Shown here: positions 1-9,173 of the stretch, piece by piece | How positions within the stretch are numbered: the first letter of the stretch is position 1 | How the letters are laid out: the number at the start of each line of letters is the position of its first letter | IMG/VR virus record: IMGVR_UViG_2551306393_000012 | Direction: 5' to 3' (one strand) | DNA: 64,000 bases | Source of the DNA: a virus | Notes under the pieces: generated by a model | Databases searched by the model: none | Seen by the model: the letters and a program-made list of their open reading frames with translations, nothing else | What the model was told of the DNA's origin: nothing | Translations under genes and position numbers: made by a program

Positions 1-950
1 ACTTCTTTTGCTTTGGAATTTTCATTAAAGTTGATAAAACAATGAGCTTGCTCCTGCAAATCCATAATTGACTCAGATTCAAAATTAATCCACTTATTTT
101 CTTTGCGCCATACATTATTTAAGAAGCACAAAGCCTGTTGGAAAATCATGTTGTAATTTTCATTTTGAACAGAAACGCTTAGCCCTTTTAAAAAGTTTTC
201 TTGAGCCAATTCATAATTCGAAAATAATAGAGAGTTGCCAATAGTTAAGTAGCTGAAAACCTGAAATCTCAGGATATTTGTACTTTCCAATGCCTTTTTA
301 GAGTACTCTCTGCACTCCTCTAATGAATTTTCATTTAGCTTTATATTAGACATTAGAACATGAGCTCTTGTTTGATATGTATTTCTAATGTACATGTTCT
401 CAGAAATCTCACTTAGGTCAATTTGTTTTATAAGTTGGGCCATCGGAGAAAAGTTACCAGTGCTTAAATAATGATAAAGCAGCAAAAGTCTTGAGAAAGA
501 ATTCATTTCAGGTGTTTTTATATTTAATTTACCGAGTCTTTTCACTGCCTCAAATTCAGTAATAACACTGTTAGACAGTTCTCTATGTATTTTATACACT
601 TTTCCATATTCTTTACTTTTCATATTGCTGCAAGAAATCATTGAATCTATTAAAACATCTTCTATTTCAAAAAACATATTTGCATCAGCATACTCCAATG
701 CACTTCTTGCTGCCTTTGTCTTAACATCTAGGTTTAAACAGTAATCTTTCATTAATTCATATTCACGGTCTGGATACTGACTCTTAACAATGTTGACTAT
801 TGAAGAAAATTCATTAAAAGTTTTCCCATCATGGTTTAAGAAGTCATAAAGAGGATTGGGGTTTTTAAGGCCAGCTACTGTTGCCCATTTATTCATTAAA
901 GAGTTGTCATTTTCCAAGTCTTTCTTCATAGCTATCTTTATTAACTCCAT
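1..950 (-). CDS. aimR: Arbitrium peptide receptor AimR, SPbeta type (C-terminus beyond the window edge)
   Basis: Not in the ORF track. ATG at 950 after SD GAGGGG; manual translation MELIKIAMKKDLENDNSLMNKWATVAGLKNPNPLYDF...NSKAKEV, open to base 1; matches recalled SPbeta AimR (YopK). Confidence 0.95.
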   Translation of the reverse strand, partial: MELIKIAMKKDLENDNSLMNKWATVAGLKNPNPLYDFLNHDGKTFNEFSSIVNIVKSQYPDREYELMKDYCLNLDVKTKAARSALEYADANMFFEIEDVLIDSMISCSNMKSKEYGKVYKIHRELSNSVITEFEAVKRLGKLNIKTPEMNSFSRLLLLYHYLSTGNFSPMAQLIKQIDLSEISENMYIRNTYQTRAHVLMSNIKLNENSLEECREYSKKALESTNILRFQVFSYLTIGNSLLFSNYELAQENFLKGLSVSVQNENYNMIFQQALCFLNNVWRKENKWINFESESIMDLQEQAHCFINFNENSKAKE

Positions 951-993
951 TATTTCCCCTCATTTCTTTTTGTTGTCTTTATTGGTTAACTTA

Positions 994-1022
994 ATAATAC
1001 TATAGATCACATTTCGAGTCAA
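994..1022 (-). promoter_or_regulatory. SigA-type promoter of aimR
   Basis: TTGACT (1022-1017), 17-nt spacer, TATTAT (999-994) on the minus strand. Confidence 0.7.
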
Positions 1023-1121
1023 TTATTTTTATACATATTTTTTGTATTTGTATTCTCTTTAAAATTCCTATTTTAACTAGACAAGGGCTTCAGCTTGTAA
1101 AGGGCCCTTGTCTCAGGTGTT

Positions 1122-1685
1122 CTAACTGTACTCATAATAGACATCTTTTTGCTTCAGTCTTTCAATCACTAAGTCTTTGAAAGGGATATCTCCCAAAATA
1201 GCAAATCTAATATGATCAATTTTTGTTCTGCTACTTTTCTGTTGGAACATTATTCTGTCAATGTTTTGTTCAAAAATAGACCTTTGAAGTTTCTTTCTGT
1301 ACCGCTTATATTCCTCAATTGAACAATCGTTCACTTTAATAAAATGGATTATCAGTCTATCCAACTGCTCTGCTGATAAAACTAATTGCGACCTTTTAAA
1401 ATGCTGGAATGCATGACAGTTTGCACAAATTAAATCCAGGCCAATTAACTTTACAACACCATTATCAAAATCGTATTCTTCTATTTCATGCACATGTAAT
1501 TCTTTATAATTTTCTTCATTTGGATGGTGTTTGCATATAACACATGAATAGTTATTTTCTATAAGGATCTGCGTTCTTATCTTCTTTAGCCACAGAGATT
1601 GAGTTAAATTGCTTCTTACTGTCTTTCCATGAAACATAGTTGGTTTAGCATCAATTTTCAACTTAAAATGAGAGAACTCATTCAT
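1122..1685 (-). CDS. HNH-like zinc-binding nuclease
   Basis: CVICKH ... LHVHE ... LICANCHAFQH: CxxC / H / CxxCH pattern of HNH endonucleases. Confidence 0.7.
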   Translation of the reverse strand: MNEFSHFKLKIDAKPTMFHGKTVRSNLTQSLWLKKIRTQILIENNYSCVICKHHPNEENYKELHVHEIEEYDFDNGVVKLIGLDLICANCHAFQHFKRSQLVLSAEQLDRLIIHFIKVNDCSIEEYKRYRKKLQRSIFEQNIDRIMFQQKSSRTKIDHIRFAILGDIPFKDLVIERLKQKDVYYEYS

Positions 1686-1710
1686 TCGAGACCCTTCCTT
1701 TTAAAACAAT

Positions 1711-2106
1711 TTACTTTAATAGTTTAACCTCATTAAAGTGAAACTCTGCAAATGACATTTCATTCATTTTGAAATTATGATTCATATTATAAAAATGCAA
1801 ATCATTAATGAAGTACTTTCTGTTTCCGTTATAGCCTATTATTGAATAGTATTCTGGGGCATCCGGATCAAAATCTAACATATGAAAAAGATTGTTAAGA
1901 TTAAATATCATGTACCCTTTACTGACATTAGGCAGAGGAATTAAATCTTCATTATAATTACTCCCAATCTTATTGACTTTAGCAAATCTTGTCTGTTCAA
2001 AAAAACCTGCCTCTTCAATGGATGAGTGCATTAGGTTGTTGAAAAAAGTGCAATCATGAAGAATTATTGGCTTATTAACCTTGTTTTTTAAAATTTCATT
2101 AATCAT
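1711..2106 (-). CDS. Hypothetical protein (131 aa)
   Basis: ORF track; start overlaps the stop of the upstream gene (ATGA coupling). Confidence 0.6.
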   Translation of the reverse strand: MINEILKNKVNKPIILHDCTFFNNLMHSSIEEAGFFEQTRFAKVNKIGSNYNEDLIPLPNVSKGYMIFNLNNLFHMLDFDPDAPEYYSIIGYNGNRKYFINDLHFYNMNHNFKMNEMSFAEFHFNEVKLLK

Positions 2107-2774
2107 TTTTTATTCCTCATCGCATTAAGAATCAGAGCTTGTTTTAATTCTTCAATTTCTTTAACTAAATCATTCATATCTTTTTTTCCTAAATATAACA
2201 AACCCAATCGTTCTTCAAAATCAATGTCAAAGTCTCTGGTTATTTTTCTCGCCCCCTTTGATTCCTTAGGAGCAGTAAAATATGTGATATATGCTTTAAC
2301 CAATTTGGGGTTATCAGATTCTAAATAATTAACAACGGAATTATAAAAAAAGGATATTTCTTCACCCTTTTCTAAAATTGGTAGCCTATTAAAAATGTTT
2401 AATTTGTTTATAGTTGTTCCCTTATACTCTATATCAGGTATAATTTTTATATTTATATCATATGCTGGACTATTGCCAGTGTTTTTAATAACCCAATAAT
2501 AAAAATTAATATTTTTATGATGTGGAATTAATCTAACTGAAACTGCGGGTTCTTCCTGAGCTAACCTCTGTAATCTTGATTCATTATATCCAAGGTATGT
2601 TACCAACAGCAGTAAAAGCCCCCCAATTGCAGCAATGCTAGTGGAGATCGCACTTATTCCCGAGTACTGTGGAGATGAAAGTCCTAATCCAAGACTACTA
2701 ATAAAATAAAATAGCAAACCCAATAATATTAAAAATGTAATAAAAATAACTATAAATGTTCTTTTCTGTTTCAT
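2103..2774 (-). CDS. Membrane-anchored hypothetical protein (2 N-terminal TM segments)
   Basis: Two hydrophobic helices, then a soluble domain (IKNTGNSPAYDI); SD AGAGGTG upstream. Confidence 0.7.
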   Translation of the reverse strand: MKQKRTFIVIFITFLILLGLLFYFISSLGLGLSSPQYSGISAISTSIAAIGGLLLLLVTYLGYNESRLQRLAQEEPAVSVRLIPHHKNINFYYWVIKNTGNSPAYDINIKIIPDIEYKGTTINKLNIFNRLPILEKGEEISFFYNSVVNYLESDNPKLVKAYITYFTAPKESKGARKITRDFDIDFEERLGLLYLGKKDMNDLVKEIEELKQALILNAMRNKK

Positions 2775-2967
2775 CTATCTTTGCACCTCTAACTACAACA
2801 TATATTTTCATATTAAATACTGAATTAAAGAAAAACATCAAAATTATGATGGCTAGTACAACAGCAATCTCAAAAGTATGTGAACTTCCATCTTCATTTT
2901 CTCGTTCTTCCTTCTCACTCATCTGTTCCCTATATTTTCTTTGTATTCCATCCCTTTTCTTATCCAA
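2698..2967 (-). CDS. Possible small membrane protein
   Basis: Hydrophobic segment IAVVLAIIILMFFF; overlaps the next gene by 77 nt, so uncertain. Confidence 0.35.
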   Translation of the reverse strand: MDKKRDGIQRKYREQMSEKEERENEDGSSHTFEIAVVLAIIILMFFFNSVFNMKIYVVVRGAKIDETEKNIYSYFYYIFNIIGFAILFY

Positions 2968-3036
2968 CTTACTCGATCTCTTTCAAGGTAAAGCCAAGTA
3001 ACTGTAGTTTTGATTATTTGTGACTAATTCAATTAA

Positions 3037-3594
3037 TTATTTTATGGCGCCGTTATTTTTTAAATTACTCATGAGCTCGGGATTATCATTTTCAACGTTA
3101 TAAAAGAACACTTCATCAACGTTATTTTCAATATCCCAATTTTGTATGCTCCATTCATTTGTAGTAATCAAAATAATTTTTCTTGAATAAGTTTTTTTAA
3201 TTTCATTCAACAAATTTTTATATCTCTTCGAATCATCCAAAGCTCTTTGAACAGGATAATATAATGTGAAGGTGGTTTCATTTCCGCTTGGGTTTGATTT
3301 TGTGCGTCCTTCATAACTATTGATTTTGACAGTCATTCTGCCCATCCTATAAGCAGTTGTCGATTTTATAGAACTGGGTAATATCTCCTCTCCAAAAGCA
3401 TTATTGATCGATCCTGCCACACTGTTCATTTTATTGCTAGTTCTTATAATTCCTTTATTAAAAACTTCATTTAAACAAGAAAGGGCTACCTTTACCTTAG
3501 CGTCATTATCATACCCTCTTAAAAGAAGTACTTTTTGCGTATCATCTTCTAAAAATTTCATCACATTATCAATTGCCATATCTCTATCATTCAA
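3037..3594 (-). CDS. Hypothetical protein, possibly a degenerate P-loop NTPase fold
   Basis: SD GGAGG; KVLLLRG strand-loop and KIILIT strand resemble a Rossmann/P-loop core, but there is no GKT. Confidence 0.65.
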   Translation of the reverse strand: MNDRDMAIDNVMKFLEDDTQKVLLLRGYDNDAKVKVALSCLNEVFNKGIIRTSNKMNSVAGSINNAFGEEILPSSIKSTTAYRMGRMTVKINSYEGRTKSNPSGNETTFTLYYPVQRALDDSKRYKNLLNEIKKTYSRKIILITTNEWSIQNWDIENNVDEVFFYNVENDNPELMSNLKNNGAIK

Positions 3595-3677
3595 AATAAT
3601 TCCTCCATATAAAATGATTATTTTATTACTATTATACTACAATTTTCCATGGTCACACTAAACAAAAAGCAGTCTAT

Positions 3678-4022
3678 TCAGATATGCTCCTTAGTGTTTT
3701 CTTCTTTTAACTTTTTGTTTAGTTTGAAGCCAATTAAGACATTGACAATAGCTGCTGGAAGATATAAAATCCCTGCACCTATTATTCCTAGTGCAGTACT
3801 TAAGCTCACAATAAATGTCTGCATTTCTGTGTTTCTTGACTTAAAGCAAAGTAATATTAGGAGTCCAGCTAAAACCCCCATAAGCCGGGCGATACCTGAA
3901 ATAAAGAAATCTGTTAGGACTCCAAATAATTGCCCTATAATTGATAGCATAATCCCTAAAAAACTGGACAATAAAACTAAATTTTTAATGGCATTTTTCC
4001 CCCTCTTCAAAGCCGCTTCCAT
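3678..4022 (-). CDS. Three-TM membrane protein (DUF4064-like)
   Basis: Three hydrophobic helices; the start may instead be ATT at 3989 (see findings). Confidence 0.65.
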   Translation of the reverse strand: MEAALKRGKNAIKNLVLLSSFLGIMLSIIGQLFGVLTDFFISGIARLMGVLAGLLILLCFKSRNTEMQTFIVSLSTALGIIGAGILYLPAAIVNVLIGFKLNKKLKEENTKEHI

Positions 4023-4138
4023 TCCACATACTCAAATCGCTTTTGATACAAGTCTTCAAGTATAGCAGCCCATTCAATCCATCCTTCAGCAACAATGCTT
4101 TTCATTTCTCCATCCTCAATCCACTCTATCCAATACAC
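4007..4138 (-). CDS. yopG: Small phage protein, 43 aa (MYWIEWIEDGEMKSIVAEGW...)
   Basis: Below the track cutoff; GTG start with SD AGGAG, TGA at 4009-4007; size and position fit SPbeta yopG. Confidence 0.65.
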   Translation of the reverse strand: MYWIEWIEDGEMKSIVAEGWIEWAAILEDLYQKRFEYVEWKRL

Positions 4139-4148
4139 TTGAACACTC

Positions 4149-4364
4149 CTAACGCTTTACGACTTGAATTTCTCTTACCTCACATTGGACATTACACTTC
4201 GTTTTAAGCTCACTTGCTACCTCGATGACTTCTAACATATTATGCATTTTAGAAGCTTCATGGAGGTCGCTAGATGTCAAATAACCGTCCTCATCTAACT
4301 TAAATGATTTGAAGTATTCCTTGTTTTCAAACTGCAGTACATAAAAATAATCAAGCAAAGGCAT
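4149..4364 (-). CDS. yopF: Small phage protein, 71 aa
   Basis: SD AGAGGT; size and position next to the yopG-like gene. Confidence 0.55.
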   Translation of the reverse strand: MPLLDYFYVLQFENKEYFKSFKLDEDGYLTSSDLHEASKMHNMLEVIEVASELKTKCNVQCEVREIQVVKR

Positions 4365-4424
4365 AGATCAACCTCTTTTAAATAATTTTGTAATCCTCAT
4401 TGCTAATGGCAGCAAACCAATTAA

Positions 4425-4691
4425 CATGAAAAAAGCAATCGTATTAAGCTTATTTTTGAAAAACAAGCTGGAGAGTACCGAAATGTCACTAAGGGGAAGG
4501 TTACAGACACAGACCAGCTGCTTCTTGATGAGGATGCGGAGAGGTACATCTTACACAAATGTCAGGAAGACTTGGATGCAGCCCGAGAGGAGTTTAAAGA
4601 CCACTGGATGTCTTGGACTTCCTTAGACGGTACCACCTATGAAGGGGTTTTCACGATTAACTTGTCACACTCACTGTCTTGCATTATCTGA
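4425..4691 (+). pseudogene. Start-less or frameshifted ORF at the left edge of the island
   Basis: Frame 4425-4691 reads HEKSNRIKLIFEKQAGEYRNVTKGKVTDTDQLLLDEDAERYILHK...SCII*; the ATG at 4426 is one base out of frame, before an A6 run. Confidence 0.5.
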
Positions 4692-4754
4692 TAGGACATG
4701 CAGTTTAGAATCCTACCAAAGATATCAAGTCGATAAGGGAAGCTAATCCCATGC

Positions 4755-7004
4755 CTACGGCGCCACTCTTCGTTCTCTCCACTCTGATAAGATTGACTCG
4801 GGACAGACTAGCTCATAACCTTTAGATCGCTCCTTGTGCTTAACAAGCCAGCCCTCTTCCACTAATTTACCCATGAGTTCCTTCATCTTTGCAGTCTTCA
4901 CACCTAATGCTTTCCTAAGCGGCTCTACTCTGGTTTCCTCTGTAGTAGCTATCACTTGCTTTAGTCGGTATAGGTGGTCATCCTCAATTTCAGGTTCTTG
5001 TTCCGGCTGTTCCGGTACCTCTTCTGCCTCTGGAGAGACTTCAGCTCCCCCATAGTAGTCAATAAGAGCTTTGTATACTTTCTCCTCCTCCGCCTCATTC
5101 GGGGCAATTATAGCACTCTGGAAGCGTTGGAACTCTTTAGGGTATCCCTCAATCTTCATTACTCCATCTCCTTTACCTAGCAACCCAGTATAAGGGATAG
5201 TCGTACCAAAAACAGTTCTGTAATTGACGCTGGTGTTTAAGTTGAAGCTAATGGCGTTCGGGATGTTTGCTTTGATCCTACCGCTAAGAATATTCGAACT
5301 CGGTCTCTGAGTGGCGATGACTAGGTGAATACCTGCTGCCCGTGCCTTCTGCCCTAAGCGAGCAATATATTCTTCGACTTCCTTATTCGTGTCCACAAGG
5401 TCTGCATACTCATCTATAACACAGACGGTGTAAGGCATAGGTGTACTTGACTTCTGATTGTACAAAGTAATGTTCTTCACATCGTTATCTTTAAATGTTT
5501 TGTATCGCTTCTCCATTTCCATAACAAGGTCTTCTAATACTTGTGCAGCGCCTCCCATGTCTGTAACCACATCGTCTACATGAGGGAATCCCTTGTACTG
5601 CTGTAGCTCCACTTGCTTAGGGTCAATCAGAGTCATCCGTAACCTATCAGGAGGGTAACTGACCAGCAGCGTAGTGATCATCGAATTTAGGAACACGGAC
5701 TTACCACTTCCGGTAGTTCCCGCTACCATGAGATGAACAAGCTTAGCCAGTGATAAATAAATTGGGTTGTTCACTTCGTCCACACCTACAGCAAAGGCTA
5801 GTTCATTGTTCTTACTGTACTCTTGGAAGTTGGCTGTGCCAATCAGTTCTCTAAGGCTGATGATAGCTGGTTGGTTATTCGGAATGACAAACTTAACTGT
5901 GTCAGCAGTATCTCCTTGCTCAACTCCTAATGAAGGGACACCTAGTGCTGCCTGTATGTCCTTACCCTTCTGTACAATATGGCTCAGGTTCTTTCCTTTA
6001 GGGATGTCGCATTGAACTACAGTTAACCTAATACCTGCTGTTACAGATTCATTGTAGACTCGTGCTGCTTTAATCAACCCTACCCGTTTCAGTGCCTCAG
6101 CAATATTCATAACGAGGCTCTCATCTGCATGGACTTCCTCTCTGTGATGCTCTGGCAGCAGCTTAATAATTTCTTTCGTAACTCCTGGTGTGGATAGGGA
6201 AACAGGCGCCGTCTGGGGTGCTACTACGTTTTGGCTGCCTAGTAAGGAGAAGAGTTCTTTTGTACTTATTATCCGGTCTCCTGTCTCTGATGTCATAATG
6301 CAAGTTTCATACTGAGTCTCGGTTTGTTTATGCTTTTGTTTATACAACCGGATAGAGTTATGGGAGTCGTAAGTCCGCAGTACCTGAGTGACCCTGCTCT
6401 TTAAGTAGTCTTCTCGCTCGGATTGCATCGCTACCCGCATCTGGAACTGAAAGCCATCACTGAGCAGCTTTTCCTCCACTTCTGGCACGTACTCATTTAC
6501 CGATTCAAAAGAAGCTATCCTGTTCAGTACAGATAATGTCTTCTCCTGAATAAACCTACCGATTCTAAATGATGCCGGGTAGTCGTTCCCTTCTAAGTAA
6601 CTTGCATACATGTCTAAGGCTTTCTCTTTCCAATGGAACTTCTTCTTAAAGAGCAGTTGTATACACAACCGCTCTCCATTGTATAAAGCAATGTCCTCCA
6701 GATCACTTAAAAATTGCCCCTTATTAGCTCCATACAGCGGTAGAAAGTGTGGACGAGATAAATACCCTTCATAGAACGTAAAACCGCTCACAGAGGATTC
6801 TCGAAAGCTTGAGGCATCTTCTCCTAGTCGAACATGAGGAGGAGTGACGAGAAACTTAGTGGTCACCCCTGAAGACATTACGATCTCTACCCCAAACAGA
6901 GAATCTGTTACTTCCTTTATGATCCGGGAAAGCCCTGTACTTACATCCTGCGTCTCCACAAAGTAATTGGAAATGTTCTGATAACTTGGATTAACTTTTA
7001 ACAT
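4755..7004 (-). CDS. FtsK/SpoIIIE-family DNA translocase with an extra N-terminal domain
   Basis: Walker A AGTTGSGKS, LIDPK, Walker B VIDEYAD, ATQRP, C-terminal winged-helix gamma-like domain; ~260-aa N-terminal extension with no clear TM segments. Confidence 0.95.
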   Translation of the reverse strand: MLKVNPSYQNISNYFVETQDVSTGLSRIIKEVTDSLFGVEIVMSSGVTTKFLVTPPHVRLGEDASSFRESSVSGFTFYEGYLSRPHFLPLYGANKGQFLSDLEDIALYNGERLCIQLLFKKKFHWKEKALDMYASYLEGNDYPASFRIGRFIQEKTLSVLNRIASFESVNEYVPEVEEKLLSDGFQFQMRVAMQSEREDYLKSRVTQVLRTYDSHNSIRLYKQKHKQTETQYETCIMTSETGDRIISTKELFSLLGSQNVVAPQTAPVSLSTPGVTKEIIKLLPEHHREEVHADESLVMNIAEALKRVGLIKAARVYNESVTAGIRLTVVQCDIPKGKNLSHIVQKGKDIQAALGVPSLGVEQGDTADTVKFVIPNNQPAIISLRELIGTANFQEYSKNNELAFAVGVDEVNNPIYLSLAKLVHLMVAGTTGSGKSVFLNSMITTLLVSYPPDRLRMTLIDPKQVELQQYKGFPHVDDVVTDMGGAAQVLEDLVMEMEKRYKTFKDNDVKNITLYNQKSSTPMPYTVCVIDEYADLVDTNKEVEEYIARLGQKARAAGIHLVIATQRPSSNILSGRIKANIPNAISFNLNTSVNYRTVFGTTIPYTGLLGKGDGVMKIEGYPKEFQRFQSAIIAPNEAEEEKVYKALIDYYGGAEVSPEAEEVPEQPEQEPEIEDDHLYRLKQVIATTEETRVEPLRKALGVKTAKMKELMGKLVEEGWLVKHKERSKGYELVCPESILSEWRERRVAP

Positions 7005-7110
7005 CGTCTCTCACAGCTTTCATAATTAGACTACTTTGGACTGAGGTGACCAATGCATTCGTCAGCAGCATCGTTGTATTCAGAATCAGAATAAGCATGC
7101 CTGCACTCAT
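6991..7110 (-). CDS. Small hydrophobic protein, 39 aa (MSAGMLILILNTTMLLTNALVTSVQSSLIMKAVRDDVKS)
   Basis: Below the track cutoff; strong SD AGGAGGT; overlaps the ftsK start. Confidence 0.65.
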   Translation of the reverse strand: MSAGMLILILNTTMLLTNALVTSVQSSLIMKAVRDDVKS

Positions 7111-7123
7111 GTGACTTTACCTC

Positions 7124-8485
7124 CTATTTTTTCTTCATGTCTTTAACGCGCTTGTAAACTGTCTGTGCCGCTGAAGACGGCTTCATGAGAATCTTGGCTG
7201 TATCCTTAAAGTTCCGTTGAACTTTTTTAATGGTATCATTTTTATCTCCGCCGTACACTTCATCCAGCCCGCCACCGTTATCCAGATGTCTAGCAATAAG
7301 TCTTGGTGGAGAAGTCATTCTGGTGAACCCGCCGATTACTACAAGCATCTTCACTACGATCCCTACAACGTCCTTAGGTGTCGGTACGCCGAATATAAAC
7401 CAGCCAAGGATCAGTAGGAAGAGCGCATAGTAAACCTGCACCATAGATAAGTGTTTCAAGTTACTCCACCACTGCTGAAACAGATGTCTGTACGGATCGA
7501 ATATCCAAGCTGTCAGTGCCAGCGGGGCTGTTACTCCCAAAACCATGACATCAAAAAATCTTCTGCCATTCTGCCACAGCACCGGAACAATTGTAGAAAT
7601 AAGAACTACATCGAATAACACCAGCGAGCACACATCCCATACAGAGATATGAGTAGGGAGAGCGATAGCGTCCATCGTACTTGCTCCCATTGAGATGAGT
7701 ATATCTGATATCTTGTTCAGTCCTTGGAAGGCTTTCTGAAAACAGAAAGGTATTCCAGTCATTGCCGTTGCTACAATCCCCCACCGTTGCATGATCAGTT
7801 TAAAATCCATTGGACCTGATCTCTTTTTCTTTCCTCTGCTGAGCATGAGCTTTACCGATTCAATGACGGTCAGAACGGAAACGATACCGATAGCCAGCAA
7901 ACTAAACAGATAAGTGGTATTCTCAAACCACTCGTTATTAAAAAGCCATAGGGGAGTCTTCAAAATCAGGGTAGCGCAGAGTTCATACAACCAGCTCATT
8001 AAATGGACAGACATTTCAGCGATGTTGTGCGGGAGGTCTGAAAGGAACTCATTTACTTTTGCTACAGCTGTATTGAACATCTGCACTGCTTCAGGTAGAG
8101 CTGTCAGGACATTTTGATCTTTGTTACGCCCCAGCAGAAGAAGGTCGATGGGTGCTTTTACATCTGTAGCTTGTGCGTAGGCTTTTGCCGACATAGAAGA
8201 GACAACAGCGGACGAGAGAACCGCTACGGGTGCCAGTGTAGCTGCTTTTAAAAGAGTCCGCTTAAAATCGGCAAGCTTTTGAATACCGTTTGCGCCAGAT
8301 AAAAGAGCAGATATACGACCGGGACTGCAACTAAAACCTGCACGAGACCCTTGATTACATCTGTCGTCCACTCCTCCGCTTCCTTCCGCTTCCTCATCAT
8401 TCTGTAAATCCCGGCTAATGTCAGGAGAGTCATCGACAATGCTACGCCCACCGATACAGAGATTAAAGCTAAATTCAGACCCCAA
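7124..8485 (-). CDS. Polytopic membrane protein, VirB6/TrbL-like (start uncertain)
   Basis: 5-7 TM helices; RRFFDVMVLGVTAPLALTAWIFD...FQQWW...VQVYYALFL resembles Gram-positive VirB6-like proteins; export-signal-like segment KRTLLKAATLAPVAVL...AYAQA. Confidence 0.6.
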   Translation of the reverse strand: MGSEFSFNLCIGGRSIVDDSPDISRDLQNDEEAEGSGGVDDRCNQGSRAGFSCSPGRISALLSGANGIQKLADFKRTLLKAATLAPVAVLSSAVVSSMSAKAYAQATDVKAPIDLLLLGRNKDQNVLTALPEAVQMFNTAVAKVNEFLSDLPHNIAEMSVHLMSWLYELCATLILKTPLWLFNNEWFENTTYLFSLLAIGIVSVLTVIESVKLMLSRGKKKRSGPMDFKLIMQRWGIVATAMTGIPFCFQKAFQGLNKISDILISMGASTMDAIALPTHISVWDVCSLVLFDVVLISTIVPVLWQNGRRFFDVMVLGVTAPLALTAWIFDPYRHLFQQWWSNLKHLSMVQVYYALFLLILGWFIFGVPTPKDVVGIVVKMLVVIGGFTRMTSPPRLIARHLDNGGGLDEVYGGDKNDTIKKVQRNFKDTAKILMKPSSAAQTVYKRVKDMKKK

Positions 8486-8799
8486 CTCATCACCATTGCT
8501 GGTGTTATCTGATTGGCTGCTGCTGTCGTGGTTGCTCCGGTTAGAGGTGCTGCGGCAAAGGCTTTGGGTGTTGCTTGTATTCCCGCCCCCATAACCACAA
8601 CGAATCCTTTCAGCAATTTCTTCAGCTGCTTGATCTTTTTTCTCTGCTGTCCGGTCGTTCCCTTGATCACCTCCTTTTGCAGGGTGCTTGCAATAAAAAG
8701 CACATCGTCTTCAACTTTCTCCTTAAGGTTAAACTGCTGTACCGGGCTTTTGTAACTGACAGCTGGATTGGGGTCTCTAGATGACATCGTAATGATCAT
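8248..8799 (-). CDS. VirB2/TrbC pilin-like membrane protein
   Basis: Likely start ATG 8799 (SD AAGGAGGT); processing-like AFAA, then two TM helices separated by a basic loop (RMMRKRKEAEEW). Confidence 0.55.
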   Translation of the reverse strand: MIITMSSRDPNPAVSYKSPVQQFNLKEKVEDDVLFIASTLQKEVIKGTTGQQRKKIKQLKKLLKGFVVVMGAGIQATPKAFAAAPLTGATTTAAANQITPAMVMSWGLNLALISVSVGVALSMTLLTLAGIYRMMRKRKEAEEWTTDVIKGLVQVLVAVPVVYLLFYLAQTVFKSLPILSGLF

Positions 8800-8812
8800 T
8801 TCAGTTACCTCC

Positions 8813-9013
8813 TTATAGGTGATTATCTGTACGTACTTTTTTACCCAGATCATCCAGTCTGCTTCTGTTCGGGTTACGTGTTTCTCTAACGGTCTTTTTC
8901 TTTTTATCCACATCCGGCTCATAGTTATGGAACCATTTCAAAGCTGCTGCTAAACCAGTGCCTGCGGAACAAACAACTGCAACTCCGCCTACTGCCAAAA
9001 AGATACTCGTCAT
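8813..9013 (-). CDS. Small single-TM protein, 66 aa
   Basis: ATG 9013 with SD AGGGGG; N-terminal hydrophobic helix, basic tail. Confidence 0.65.
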   Translation of the reverse strand: MTSIFLAVGGVAVVCSAGTGLAAALKWFHNYEPDVDKKKKTVRETRNPNRSRLDDLGKKVRTDNHL

Positions 9014-9173
9014 TTTTAATTCCCCCTGTATAATTGAAATTCGGTCGGACATACTAACTCTTGAAAGGAGGTAGCGACCGTGCTCTTTGACTCTAAACCG
9101 CTGACCAGATACGAGAAGCAAATGCAGAATGTTGATCATCTGGTTCTTCACACAATTAAGGATAAGCAGAATG

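Noticed and set aside
1081-1111. ACAAGGGC/GCCCTTGT hairpin as a terminator
   Set aside because: 15-nt loop and no U-tract on the coding strand; function unsupported.
4630-4755. Replication-relaxation (relaxase) gene after ftsK
   Set aside because: All three minus-strand frames close within ~50 codons and show no relaxase motif.
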